NCBI GenBank assembly: GCA_000092065.1
Contig: CP000582.1
Direction: 5' to 3' (one strand)
DNA: 64,000 nucleotides
DNA from: Ostreococcus lucimarinus
Lineage: Eukaryota
A program made the position numbers and the translations under genes. The notes beneath the pieces are model-generated. The model was not told the origin of the DNA and searched no databases. It saw nothing but the letters and a program-made list of their open reading frames with translations. Shown piece after piece: positions 32,604-42,291 of this stretch (within the stretch, counting starts at the first letter, position 1; each line of letters starts with the position of its first letter).

Positions 32604-33893
32604 ATGTTGGCTACGAAGTATTCATTGACTGAGCATAGACGAATGCAGATCAGCCTCGGTGCGAGCAAGCGTTCTATACAGTGCACTGGAGTCCGTCGTG
32701 CGAGACAGAGGGGTATCGTAGCAGCGAATCCAAATCCTTCCTTCAGTTTGAAGACTTTGAAAGTAAATGTTGCAAAAGCTGTTGTAGATTTGGCTCCAGG
32801 AGAAGCGGGTTTGAGGCTTCTATCACGGGCTTTTCCTTCAAAGATTCGCGGTACCTTCGATGGTCTCTTATCTAGTTATAAAAGTCAGCTATTAGTGGCT
32901 TTAGGTGATGACGATCGAGCTGCCACTGCCGTCACGAGTATATTCAAAGACATGATTAAGGCTTACGCAGAGCAACTTCTTGGAGAGTCGTATACGTTCC
33001 CTTCTTTTCACCGAGCAATTCGCGAGCCTTTTGACTACTATCAGATGGCCAACGCATACATCGGCTCGTTGATCGACTTCGACCGATCAATCCTTCGGTA
33101 TTCATCAAGGTGGTCAAAGGTGCAACAACAGCTAGAAGCCGGTGAAAATGTCGTATTTTTGGGAAATCATCAGAGCGAGGGGGACGCTGCTTTTATCCCG
33201 CTCCTTACCGAAGTGTCCCACCCGGGCCTTGGCGAGCAAGTCATTTATGTCGCAGGCGGACGCGTTGTGAGTGATCTGCTCGCCAAACCTTTCAGCATGG
33301 GGAAAAATTTGTTGTGCGTTGTTTCAAAAAAGCACATGGACGAAGATGCGGCAAAAAAATCAGCACAAATGAAACAAAATCTCACCACACTGAAAGAAAT
33401 GCAATTGTTGTTAAACAAAGGTGGTGCCTTGATATGGATCGCACCTGCAGGTGGTCGGGATCGGCGCAAGCCAGATGGTACCTTAATTCCAGATGAATTT
33501 GATCCCCAAGCAGTTGAGATGATGCGTAAACTTGGGACAAAGAAAACGTCTGCGCTTACACATTTTTATCCTTTGGCTATGGCTACATACGATATAATGC
33601 CTCCCCCTGCCACTACAGAAAAGGAGCTTGGTGAAAAACGTGTTGTCAACTATACCGGAGTTGGCTTATCTTTGGGCGAGGAAATCGACGTTTCAGATGC
33701 AGGAGAGTGGCGAAAAGAAATAGCTGCTGGCGAGGACATGGACGAGGCGAAGCAACTTTCCACTTACATTTGGCGTCAAGTTCTATCAGAATACTTGGAA
33801 ATAGATGCCTGCAATGTTCCCGGGGGGGAGACTCTCCCTCTTCCTGCGGATAGCTTGAGACCGGTGAGGCCACCCTCTGTCCCAAAATTCTGA
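32604..33893 (+). CDS. ATS1: plastidial soluble glycerol-3-phosphate acyltransferase (ATS1/GPAT), single exon with transit peptide
   Basis: ATG at 32604. Acyltransferase block NVVFLGNHQSEGDAAFIPLL matches the plant ATS1 H(x)4D region (NVVLISNHQTEADPA). Further matches: ..LCVVSKKHMDEDAAKKSAQMKQNLTTLKEM..ALIWIAPAGGRDRRKPDG. Confidence 0.9.
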   Translation: MLATKYSLTEHRRMQISLGASKRSIQCTGVRRARQRGIVAANPNPSFSLKTLKVNVAKAVVDLAPGEAGLRLLSRAFPSKIRGTFDGLLSSYKSQLLVALGDDDRAATAVTSIFKDMIKAYAEQLLGESYTFPSFHRAIREPFDYYQMANAYIGSLIDFDRSILRYSSRWSKVQQQLEAGENVVFLGNHQSEGDAAFIPLLTEVSHPGLGEQVIYVAGGRVVSDLLAKPFSMGKNLLCVVSKKHMDEDAAKKSAQMKQNLTTLKEMQLLLNKGGALIWIAPAGGRDRRKPDGTLIPDEFDPQAVEMMRKLGTKKTSALTHFYPLAMATYDIMPPPATTEKELGEKRVVNYTGVGLSLGEEIDVSDAGEWRKEIAAGEDMDEAKQLSTYIWRQVLSEYLEIDACNVPGGETLPLPADSLRPVRPPSVPKF

Positions 33894-34021
33894 GCAAACT
33901 GCAGTTTTGACGACACAGTACATGATATGCAACTGAGAAGTACTTCTGTAGTCCTCGCCACGCACTCAACAATTGAGGTGCACATTATGTGATGTCATTT
34001 ATTATAAAATTCATCGATCTT

Positions 34022-34549
34022 TCACGTAGCTTCGCGTAATTTTACATGTGTAGCTGAAAGTGCTTGTTCAAAAGCGCTCAGCAGCGAATATAAAGTGAAG
34101 TCCTGTTTCGCCAAATCCACTTCACCCGCCGGAGTCACGAGAAACAAATTACCCAATGTCGATTCGCAAGCCCTCAGCTCTTCTTCATAAGACCGAGCGA
34201 CGCTTTTAAGATAGTCTAGCGGACTTTCATGACATGTTACAGGCACCTTCAAGCTTTGGGATCCCTGTGTTGATAGATGTGAGCGGATGCTCTCGAGGGT
34301 TGCCCATGCTCGTTGAGACCCCTTGCTCTGATGTGCACACCTTTCTACCTGAAGTTGGAGCGCCGTTTCTTTCCTACCTATACATACTTTCGCCGCCGAC
34401 AAAAGACGTCGCGTCAGGTCAAGGGAGTGTTCTAGTTTGGGCACATCAGACGCTGTCGCTCTCCACGAGCACGGATCGAACAAGTTCGCTTGCGCGCTCG
34501 TTCGAGATAATACATCATCCACTTGAGAAACGTAAACCGCGTGTAGCAT
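34022..34549 (-). CDS. hypothetical protein (175 aa, no recognisable domain)
   Basis: Uninterrupted ORF with a real ATG at 34549. Lies between ATS1 and the tRNA pair. No homology recognised by eye. Confidence 0.35.
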   Translation of the reverse strand: MLHAVYVSQVDDVLSRTSAQANLFDPCSWRATASDVPKLEHSLDLTRRLLSAAKVCIGRKETALQLQVERCAHQSKGSQRAWATLESIRSHLSTQGSQSLKVPVTCHESPLDYLKSVARSYEEELRACESTLGNLFLVTPAGEVDLAKQDFTLYSLLSAFEQALSATHVKLREAT

Positions 34550-34585
34550 CGCTAGGAGTGTGTAGTAAGGAAGAGTAGAACAGCG

Positions 34586-34650
34586 GACCCGCGCGGGCTA
34601 CAGCGTCTGTAGAGAGCCCGTTCCGAACGGAACGGGCCTTTGTTTTTTCT
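34586..34650 (+). other. three consecutive GC-rich hairpins followed by T-run (CCCGCGCGGG; CTACAG-cgt-CTGTAG; GCCCGTTCCG-aa-CGGAACGGGC; TTTGTTTTTT)
   Basis: Seen directly. On the plus strand it looks like the 3′ end of a Pol III or small structured RNA, or like an intrinsic terminator. On the minus strand it is the 5′ leader, 37–100 nt upstream of the 34549 start codon. Confidence 0.5.
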
Positions 34651-34750
34651 CGTGCTGTCGCGCCGGGTTTCCATAGTTCCTTGACGCATTGCGTTTGTAT
34701 GTGTACAAATCTTGTACTAAGTACTGAAAAAGTAAAAAGTCAAAAAAAGT

Positions 34751-34830
34751 TGACACCGGTGGGATTTGAACCCACGCTCTTTCGAACCAGGACCTGAACC
34801 TGGCGCCTTAGACCACTCGGCCACAGTGTC
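34751..34830 (-). tRNA. tRNA-Leu (anticodon CAG), 80 nt with long variable arm
   Basis: Minus-strand sequence GACACTGTGGCCGAGTGGTCTAAGGCGCCAGGTTCAGGTCCTGGTTCGAAAGAGCGTGGGTTCAAATCCCACCGGTGTCA resembles eukaryotic Leu-CAG tRNAs. Anticodon loop is TTCAGGT. T7 terminator follows (plus 34742..34748). Confidence 0.85.
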
Positions 34831-34919
34831 TTTTCGCCACAATGGCGCGGATCGTACAATAAATAGCGCACCGTGCGCGCGATTCATATCTATAGCAGGG
34901 GGTTTTTCGGCGAACAAGC

Positions 34920-34992
34920 GCTCAATTAACTCAGTGGATAGAGTGTCAGCTTCCTAAGCTGAGGGTCGCGGGTTCGATCCCCGTATTGAGTG
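34920..34992 (+). tRNA. tRNA-Arg (anticodon CCT)
   Basis: GCTCAATTAACTCAGTGGATAGAGTGTCAGCTTCCTAAGCTGAGGGTCGCGGGTTCGATCCCCGTATTGAGTG folds as a cloverleaf. D-arm is ACTC/GAGT, anticodon stem TCAGC/GCTGA with loop TTCCTAA, T-arm GCGGG-TTCGATC-CCCGT. There is a G1:T72 wobble. A T-rich tract lies downstream (34999..35031). Confidence 0.75.
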
Positions 34993-35104
34993 ACATCTCT
35001 TTCTTTTTTTTTCTTTTTTTTCTTTTTCGTGAAAAATGAAATGGCGACGACTGCGTGGCTGCACTTTCGTCTGGTGCGCTATATTTTGTTATTTATTTCG
35101 CTAT

Positions 35105-35270
35105 TTATCAGTATGTATTACTTTCCAGGCTCTAATGTATGGGGTCTCGATCGCCACGCGCGCGTTGTGGCGTCGTCGCGAGTTATTAGCACTTCGACGG
35201 CGCGCACGTATAAGGCCCGGGAAAGTGATAATGATTAACCTGGGTTTATAAGTCGCGATGGATGCCGTGC
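35105..35270 (+). mobile_element. MITE-like element copy A (Tc1/mariner-type CAGT terminal repeats; 3′ end degenerate), with AAGTCGCGATGGATGCCGTG tail
   Basis: 35107..35210 is ~95% identical to the reverse complement of 61870..62016, apart from an 11-bp indel. Starts TATCAGTATGTATTACTTTCC. The tail ATAAGTCGCGATGGATGCCGTG recurs at 38598..38622. Confidence 0.55.
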
Positions 35271-35794
35271 GTGTTTGTCTGATGCATATTCATACGCGCA
35301 ATAGTCTATATATGTATGCTAGGTCGTGTAGTGTAGATAGACGTTAGCACCACTACAATACAGGATTGTGTTCATCTCCGTTCATCTCCAGTGTCCACTA
35401 CCAGCACACATTACACAAGTGTATACGACCCCCATGTAGGAGCGCCATAATACGAGGAAAGTTCCGTATCTCGCGCGATCGCTCGGCCGCGATCTCGAGC
35501 AAAACCGTATCTATCGTCAGTTTCGACCTCAACATGATCCGAACCGTGAACGTGTCGCTCGGCGCGCGCGCCATCCTCGAAGGAAAGGTGAGTGTAACGT
35601 GTTCATCGAAAATTTCGTGACTCGTCGTACTTGCGCTTTGTTACACAGCGTTTTACATAGCTCGCACGACACTAACGACGATTCTTTCGCTTGGTTGCCG
35701 CAGTCTTTGCGACATGAGAGACGCTCGCGAGCGCCCGTGAGCGTGACGAATAATTCGCGGTAGGTAGCAAAAAAGATTATTTTCGTCGAGTACC

Positions 35795-36395
35795 ATGTTC
35801 TTCAATCGAACGTCTGGCCTGTTATCACCACCGCGTAAGCGAAACGTTCGAAACTGACCGCGATCACGCGTGCTTTCTTTTCTTTCACAGAAGACGTTCC
35901 GTCGTTTTGGCCTCTTCCGATAAAGTCCAAATCATTAAACCGATCAATGGTGATCCGTTCATTGGTATGCTTGAAACGCCGGTGACTTCATCGCCGGACG
36001 TGGCGAACTTTCTTTCCAATTTGCCTGCTTATCGCACCGGCGTAGCCCCTCTCCTGAGAGGAGTTGAAGTTGGCCTCGCTCACGGCTTCTTCCTTACCGG
36101 ACCTTTCATCAAGCTTGGCCCGCTTCGCTCGACCGATGCGGCTGAGTTGGCGGGTTGCCTGTCTGGTGCTGGCCTTGTGCTTATTTTGACGGCTTGCTTG
36201 AGCATCTATGGAGCGACTGCGTTCCAAAGGGAGGAAGTGGTTGGCTTGAAAACTTTAAGTGGTAGAGCCATCGCTAAAGATCCTTTACAATCATCTGACG
36301 GCTGGGCCTCTTTCACTTCTGGCTGGCTTGTCGGAGGTTTGTCTGGCGTCGCCTGGTCGTATGTTTTGACTCAAGTGTTACCGTACTACTCGTGA
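35795..36395 (+). CDS. PSAL: photosystem I subunit XI (PsaL) precursor; 2 exons (35795..35835, 35891..36395) with an alternative 5′ model
   Basis: Mature part reads [66 protein letters not shown], near-identical to plant PsaL. Exon 1 reads [13 protein letters not shown] + R. The 55-nt intron runs GTAAGC..CTGAC..TTCACAG. The alternative model uses upstream exons 35533..35586 (MIRTVNVSLGARAILEGK, GTGAGT donor) and 35704..35759, joining the same acceptor at 35890. Confidence 0.85.
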
Positions 36396-37384
36396 GCCTG
36401 TTGCGCGTAGAGTGTTTTTCAAAGATGCCACAAGCACATGCGCACGTACTTATAGTCATCATCCTACTAGACGTGTGATAAAATGACATGTAACCGCCAC
36501 GCTTTGAACGAACGTATGATAAAATCGCCAACAAGAATACACTGAGAGTTGCGAACTATGTGAGCAGCAACTATCTGCGAGTTCATCTGCGAGTTCACGC
36601 TAAAGTGAAGCAACAACGACAAAGTAAATTAAGAAAGCTGAGAGCACTCGCTCGCACCCATGGGGCAAGACACACTCACAATCGAAAGATACTTATGCAA
36701 GATAGAAAGCCGAAAAAAAGTATGATCTTTGTAGTGCATGTAAATTTTTGCCTTTTGCTGTTTTCCGTGCAAGCGCACCTCAGCAACAGGAGCCCATAAA
36801 GCATAAACTGAGAATAGCAGGAAGAAAAGTCTACACGGTATATGAGATGAAGCCATCAAAAGAGAAGAGCAAAGTCGCCCACCCGATTACTAAAGATGCC
36901 CCAACCGTTGGAAGAATGAATACGTGTCTCGTCCTCAGCAAAATGCAACTGATGACAACCAGTCCCCACAAGGCAAATACACCACTCCTGGGAAATCAGT
37001 TGATACTCAAAAAAACTAGGTGTACTTTTCATGTCTCGTACCTTCCGTGATAAATAACTAAAACATGCGGTAAGCTGGCTTTACCATCGCCGTGTAGGAT
37101 AACGAGCGTAGCTAAAAACACTAACACGTAGCTCTCCAATCTGTTCACCACCGATTGAAGATAAGGTGATTTCATGTGGCCTAGTAATTGATAGTAATAT
37201 CTTCGGATAGTATGAACAAACGCTCGTCCCTGTGTGGCGCCTTTGGTCAACTTAGTTACGTAAAATGCCGTTCGAATCACAACCGACAGCTTGTTTGATA
37301 ATTTTGACTTCGACGAACAATATCACGACCAAGATCGTGAAGCAGAACCGCGAGAGTTTAACGGAGATTTTGTTGTTACAAGGT

Positions 37385-38288
37385 TTACTCATCATTTTTG
37401 AAATATTCTAGCAAAGGAAAACGATCAAACTTGTACTTTTTGTGAACGGCACTCGAGCTCACAAAATTTGGAATTGGGTCCTCCACCACTGTCGAATACC
37501 AAGCAATGAAAAGATGAATCACCGCGTCGTTATCAGAATCGTGTCGTGTGTAATATTGCATCGTGCTCCCTCCAATCACAATCTGTCGGATTCAGAACAA
37601 CTGTCCGTTGGGGATCGTGACAGCTTTTTAACAACTCAAAGTTTCTCGCAGTGCCTATGACCTTTTTTATGAAACCAACCAAATCTACATTGAATGGGTC
37701 GGAGCTCATGCAACTGATAAGTAGCGCACACCTAATTATGTAGAAATCTATGCTATCTTCTCCAAACTTATAGCTACTTAAACTGTAGATCTTCGGCAAA
37801 AGTTCTGTGGTTAGAGTGCAAAAGTTGACTGTTTCAAGAAGTATCAGTTCAAGTTCACCCATCTCGTCGGAGAATTCAACTAGACTTAAGCGACATGGTG
37901 AAAGGTAGAAGGGTAGCGGAGTTGGGTCTTTTGAAACCATTTCAGTGAGTGCGACGTACATTTCGTATAATTTTGTGCAGCAGATAGTTTCGTGCCCGAT
38001 AGCCTTGCTTGCAACGAGAACAGAAGACGCTGTGACTAGTAAAGGACAGTGGGTTACCCATCGTTCGTCGTGTAATCTCCAGAAAAAAGCTGCAGCTGTT
38101 CCAAATAATAGAACTTTTGAGTCAAAGTGCAAGTGAAGGGGCACTTTGCAGTCTCGTTGTTAGTACACGTTCAGCAAAAGTTTTGAATGACACTCACTTT
38201 CTTCTTCCAGCAACAAGGAAAGAAGCTTACACAGACATAACCGTCGTGTAAACCGTAGCTCTTCTGATGTCGAAGGTCCTCCCAACAT
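37385..38288 (-). CDS. cyclin (cyclin-box fold, C/H/L-like), 3 exons
   Basis: Exon 1 (38288..~38199) reads MLGGPSTSEELRFTRRLCLCKLLSLLLEEE, with donor GTGAGT. The 203-codon ORF reads MPLHLHFDSKVLLFGTAAAFFWRLHDERWVTHCPLLVTASSVLVASKAIGHE..GELELILLETVNFC.., fitting the cyclin-box pattern (A..YF.RF....clfLASKvEE ; mE..iL..L.F). The last exon follows a ~91-nt intron and reads LVEDPIPNFVSSSAVHKKYKFDRFPLLEYFKNDE*. Confidence 0.6.
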
Positions 38289-38597
38289 TTTCTTCTTCGA
38301 AAACTTTTCTTGGAAAGGAAAACGACACACGAATCACGCCCGCACGATATTGATGATTACTGTAGTTCGGACCATGGGCGATTGTGTATTCGAACTAAGT
38401 GACAGTCGCCGCCGCTTACGTGCGGTGAAGTCAATTGGTAGACGGATGAGTACAGTGGATTCGATTCCTTGTTCGCATGCACGCTTTTATCTTACGCATC
38501 GCTCGACGTCGATGCGGCTTTCAGCAGGCAAGTAAGCAACGACGTGGTCCGCGAACCGCCGTGAACATTGATGCGGGGATGTATTTAGGCATAAGTC

Positions 38598-38643
38598 GCG
38601 ATGGATGCCGTGTTTTAGGGTTTAGGATTTAGTGCTTGTCTGG
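38598..38643. repeat. fragment of the MITE tail (GGCATAAGTCGCGATGGATGCCGTG) directly followed by telomere-like TTTAGGG repeats (TTTTAGGGTTTAGGATTTAG)
   Basis: Direct match to 35246..35269. TTTAGGG is the plant/green-algal telomere unit, here about 2.5 interstitial copies. Confidence 0.5.
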
Positions 38644-38977
38644 TAGGTTATGATCACGTACATGATACGGCCGAAGAGTGATTATATATTGCATTGTACA
38701 AGTACATTAGCTAGCTAGTACTAGCTCTAGTACCTTGAGTATCTTGAGCAACTACAGTGGGGCTGAAAGTGGAACAAGAAACCGGTCGTTTGTTACCCGT
38801 GAATGGTCTTTTCTTTGCACACATGCGCGTGGAGAGCAGAGCTACCTCGCTTCATTCCCACTTCGCTCAATTCACGCGCGAATCGTTCGCGTGCCTGCTC
38901 GCCAGTATTTGTCTTAGGGGCGCGCCCGCTCGTTCAACGCTACGGCCACAGTCACAAATATCTTCCAAGGTCACGAG

Positions 38978-39790
38978 ATGAACATTTTTCGGTTCGGTGA
39001 GTGGCGTTGGCGTCGTCACTTGAGACCATCTTCCTGTTTTTCGCCGTTTCTTTTTTCCATTCCAATCATGTAGCGAGAATAACATCTTTGTTCGTTGAAA
39101 CAGCCGGTGACATGACGCACCTGTGTAGCATAGTCGTAAGTTGAACGCAATTGAGTTGTATACCTTGACGGACGACTCACTCGATCTCCTTAGGTTCTTC
39201 TGTTGAAAATAGAGGCGACGAAATCGTGTGCTGGAGTTTCGTTGAGGACTCAGGAACTATACGCCGTCGTTTTCGTGAGTAGGTACTTGGATTTGTTTTT
39301 CACTTTCATCTCAGTGTACAACACTGTTATGAAAGTCTTCTTTATTACCAGCAGCTTCTGTATAATATGGTACATGCGGCATCATAGGATAGTATCACAG
39401 ACGTATGATCGTGAACAGGACACATTTCGTGTCGCATTTCTCGTTGTACCGTGCATTTTCCTTGCACTGCTGGTCAACCACGAATTCTCCATGGTGGAAG
39501 TGTTGTGGACTTTTTCAATTTACTTGGAATCGGTCGCGATCTTACCGCAGCTCATCTTGCTGCAGCGGACATTTAATGTTGATACACTGACCAGCAACTA
39601 TGTCTTCTTGTTGGGCGCATATCGCGCCTTGTACATATTAAACTGGCTGTATCGGTATTTTACAGAGCCGGGATATTCACAGTGGATAGTCTGGAGCAGT
39701 GGAACTTTGCAAACTGCGATTTATTGCGACTTTTTCTACTACTATGTCGTGAGTTGGCGAAAAAATGAACGCCTGTCGCTACCTAGTTGA
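38978..39790 (+). CDS. ERD2: ER lumen protein-retaining receptor (KDEL receptor, ERD2), 3 exons
   Basis: Exons 38978..38996 (MNIFRF+g), 39104..39135 (AGDMTHLCSIV) and 39194..39790 (VLLLKIEATKSCAGVSLRTQELYAVVFVSRYLDLFFTFISVYNTVMK..SIYLESVAILPQLILLQRT..YRALYILNWLYRYFTE..). Closely parallels the human KDELR N-terminus ([37 protein letters not shown]..). Introns are 107 and 58 nt (GTGAGT, GTAAGT). Confidence 0.9.
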
Positions 39791-40951
39791 CGCTTGTTGT
39801 GATCGTTTGTCGAAACAGCGTGAGATATCATGACACTGTTGAAAATATATAAGAAAGATGTCGGAAATAATTTTACGTAATTTTCTAACTCTGCGAAAAG
39901 GACCTGATTCGTTCATCCGCTGTGCGAATCCGATGATCGCACCGATCACTCTCTCGACTTTGAGCATAGCCACCCGAAGTGGATGGATGCATCGCCCACT
40001 TTCTCTGTGCATTGGTTCTCCTAGACCGTTGAAGAGCCGTATTTATTTAATTAATCAAATGTAATCAAATGTTTCACGCGAACTTCTCAAAATGGAGATG
40101 AAAGCGACTCGTGCGAATGATTCGTAGTGGCTATTCCAAGGCCATACTGGCCCATGGTATTCCTTGCCGACAATCAACTAACGGTGGTCACGGCAATTTC
40201 GCTATAGCCGATTCTTGTATTGCATGAATAAGGTTGTATTAAATTTAATTTAAGTGATCTGAGCACACTCAATACTCGCCTAGTTTTACCAACAACAGAA
40301 ATAGCACTCTTCGAGCTATACGCCGCACGACTTCACCACACATTGAAAAATTTGTCATACGTGTAACTAAACTTGGTGAACATTCAGTAGCACAATTAAC
40401 AAATTAATTTAATTAATTCATGAACTCCTGCTTGCTTGCGCGAAGTACATCATTGGTCGCTTAGCGCAAGCAGTCGCTCGCGCGCGCGAAGACATTTGAG
40501 CTTGCAATGGGTGAAGAACGACTATGGAACGTCGGGCGCTCCTTTTACTAATATTTTTTCTCTCAACTGAAATTATTTCAAAATATCAACCGAGTTTGAG
40601 TAAAATGAACATCTTTCACTCCGTTGCCCTTGAACAAGTTTTACGAAAATAGCCATTGATTGTGAGAGGATGCCGCACAAATATCGAACGTGATACATGC
40701 CTCGCACGGATAGTCTGAGTTTGCTTACTATAAAACTACCAAATAAAATAAAAAAACAAGTAATAATTAAAATAGTGAAAAATAGTTTCGCTCGTTCGTT
40801 CTTGTTTGTTACACACACACACGGACAGACACGCACACATCTCAGATACATAAATTGTGGGTAGAAAAATCTTAGGGATACATAACAAGAATACTACGAA
40901 CATTCTAGGGTTAAGTTGTTCAATTTCAACTTGAACGACCGACACTGTGCT

Positions 40952-42291
40952 TCAGTCGCATTCTTGTGTCTCAGTCACAAGGGCGGCGAGGTCTCGGATG
41001 ATATCAAACGTAGCTTCGGGGCGTCCCAGAGCCCGTGCTCTGGAGGACATTGCGAGAAGTTCGGCATTATTCTCAGGAGCTAGCCATTCGGCAACTATTT
41101 GAGCGATCGTACGCGGGTTCTCACTGTATGCTCCAACTTTATTGTCAGTCACAAAGGGAATATTGCCCTCCTCTTGGCAAGGAATGCAGCCGTTCAAGAC
41201 AATAGGAACCCCACAGATCATAGCTTCAGCGATCGTTCCCGGGCCCGCTTTTGAGATAACGCAGTCACAAGCAGACATATACTCAGCCATATTATGAACA
41301 AATCCCTTCACCACCATTTTCAGTGGCCACACCTTTGACTGCAAGAAATCACTTAGTCTCAAATTGCGACCGCACACCACGATGACTTGGTGTGTGCTCC
41401 TTAATGTTTGTGCTAAAGCTTCCGCAGTTTCTTGAAGCTTACCCATACCTTCTCCACCACCGACGAGCATAACTGTTGGGGCGTCTGTGTCGAGTGCCAA
41501 TTTCGTTCGAAGTTCATGTTTAGAAAGTTGCCTACGTGCACTGAACGAGGGTCGGATAGGAAGACCATGGCACGCGATTTGTTCAGACTTCAACCCGAGT
41601 CGCATAGCCTGAGCAGCCACAAGATTAGTGGCCACGAAACACCTATCAACTGAACGATGGAACCATGTCGCGTGACAGCGTGTGAGGTCAGTTACAACAG
41701 TGGCAAAAGGCACTCTGGATATCAAAGACTGCTTGTGCATCTGTTGTAAGACACGCATCGGTACGTGTTGCATCAAAGGGTGAACGCTGACGATCAGATG
41801 CGGGTCGATTTCTTTAAATGCCCGCGCAAAGTGCTTTGATACAATCACGGTGTATCCCTAGGATGCAAATGTTAGCGCAATAGAAAGAGAAAAGCATTTA
41901 TTTCATCACCTTGAACATGATTTCGTGCAGGAGACGGGGCTCTGAGCAGCGGAAGTTTAACCTCCACAGCCAAGGATTTTTCACGAGAAAAAAGTAACTA
42001 TTTGGCATTTTAGAAAACGGCCAAGGGGAATTACTACTCCACAGATCGACAATGTGTACAGAAAATTCGTCCCCTGTTTTCGAAAAGTTGTGGCCGTGAG
42101 ACGGTTGTCATCAAACTTTAGGCAACATGATTACCGTATATGAGCTCAAAGCAATCTTTGAGAGCCTGAGCACTTGCCCTGTGTCCACCACCAGTATCAC
42201 TCATCAGACACATAACCCGCCGGCCACTCCTGTGGCCGATGAAGTCAGACGGGGAGCGCCCACCGACGTCGACGTTGGAGCAAGTTTTCAT
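40952..42291 (-). CDS. MGD1: monogalactosyldiacylglycerol synthase (MGD1-type), at least 4 exons; transit-peptide exon may lie further upstream
   Basis: Peptides ..RRVMCLMSDTGGGHRASAQALKDCFELIY / GDEFSVHIVDLWSSNSPWPFSKMPNSYFFLVKNPWLWRLNFRCSEPRLLHEIMFK / GYTVIVSKHFARAFKEIDPHLIVSVHPLMQHVPMRVL..VVTDLTRCHATWFHRSVDRCFVATNLVAAQAMRLGL..VMLVGGGEGMG..VVCGRN..VKGFVHNMAEYMSACDCVISKAGPGTIAEAMICGVPIVLN.. track plant MGD1 block by block. ATG at 42291 (MKTCSNV..), immediately after an in-frame stop, or after a CTTCATAG acceptor. Confidence 0.9.

Noticed and set aside
32194-32628. 144-aa plus ORF upstream of ATS1
   Set aside because: No homology. It ends where the ATS1 ATG begins; probably 5′UTR or promoter. 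This part of the Timeless/ATS1 divergent region was not resolved further.
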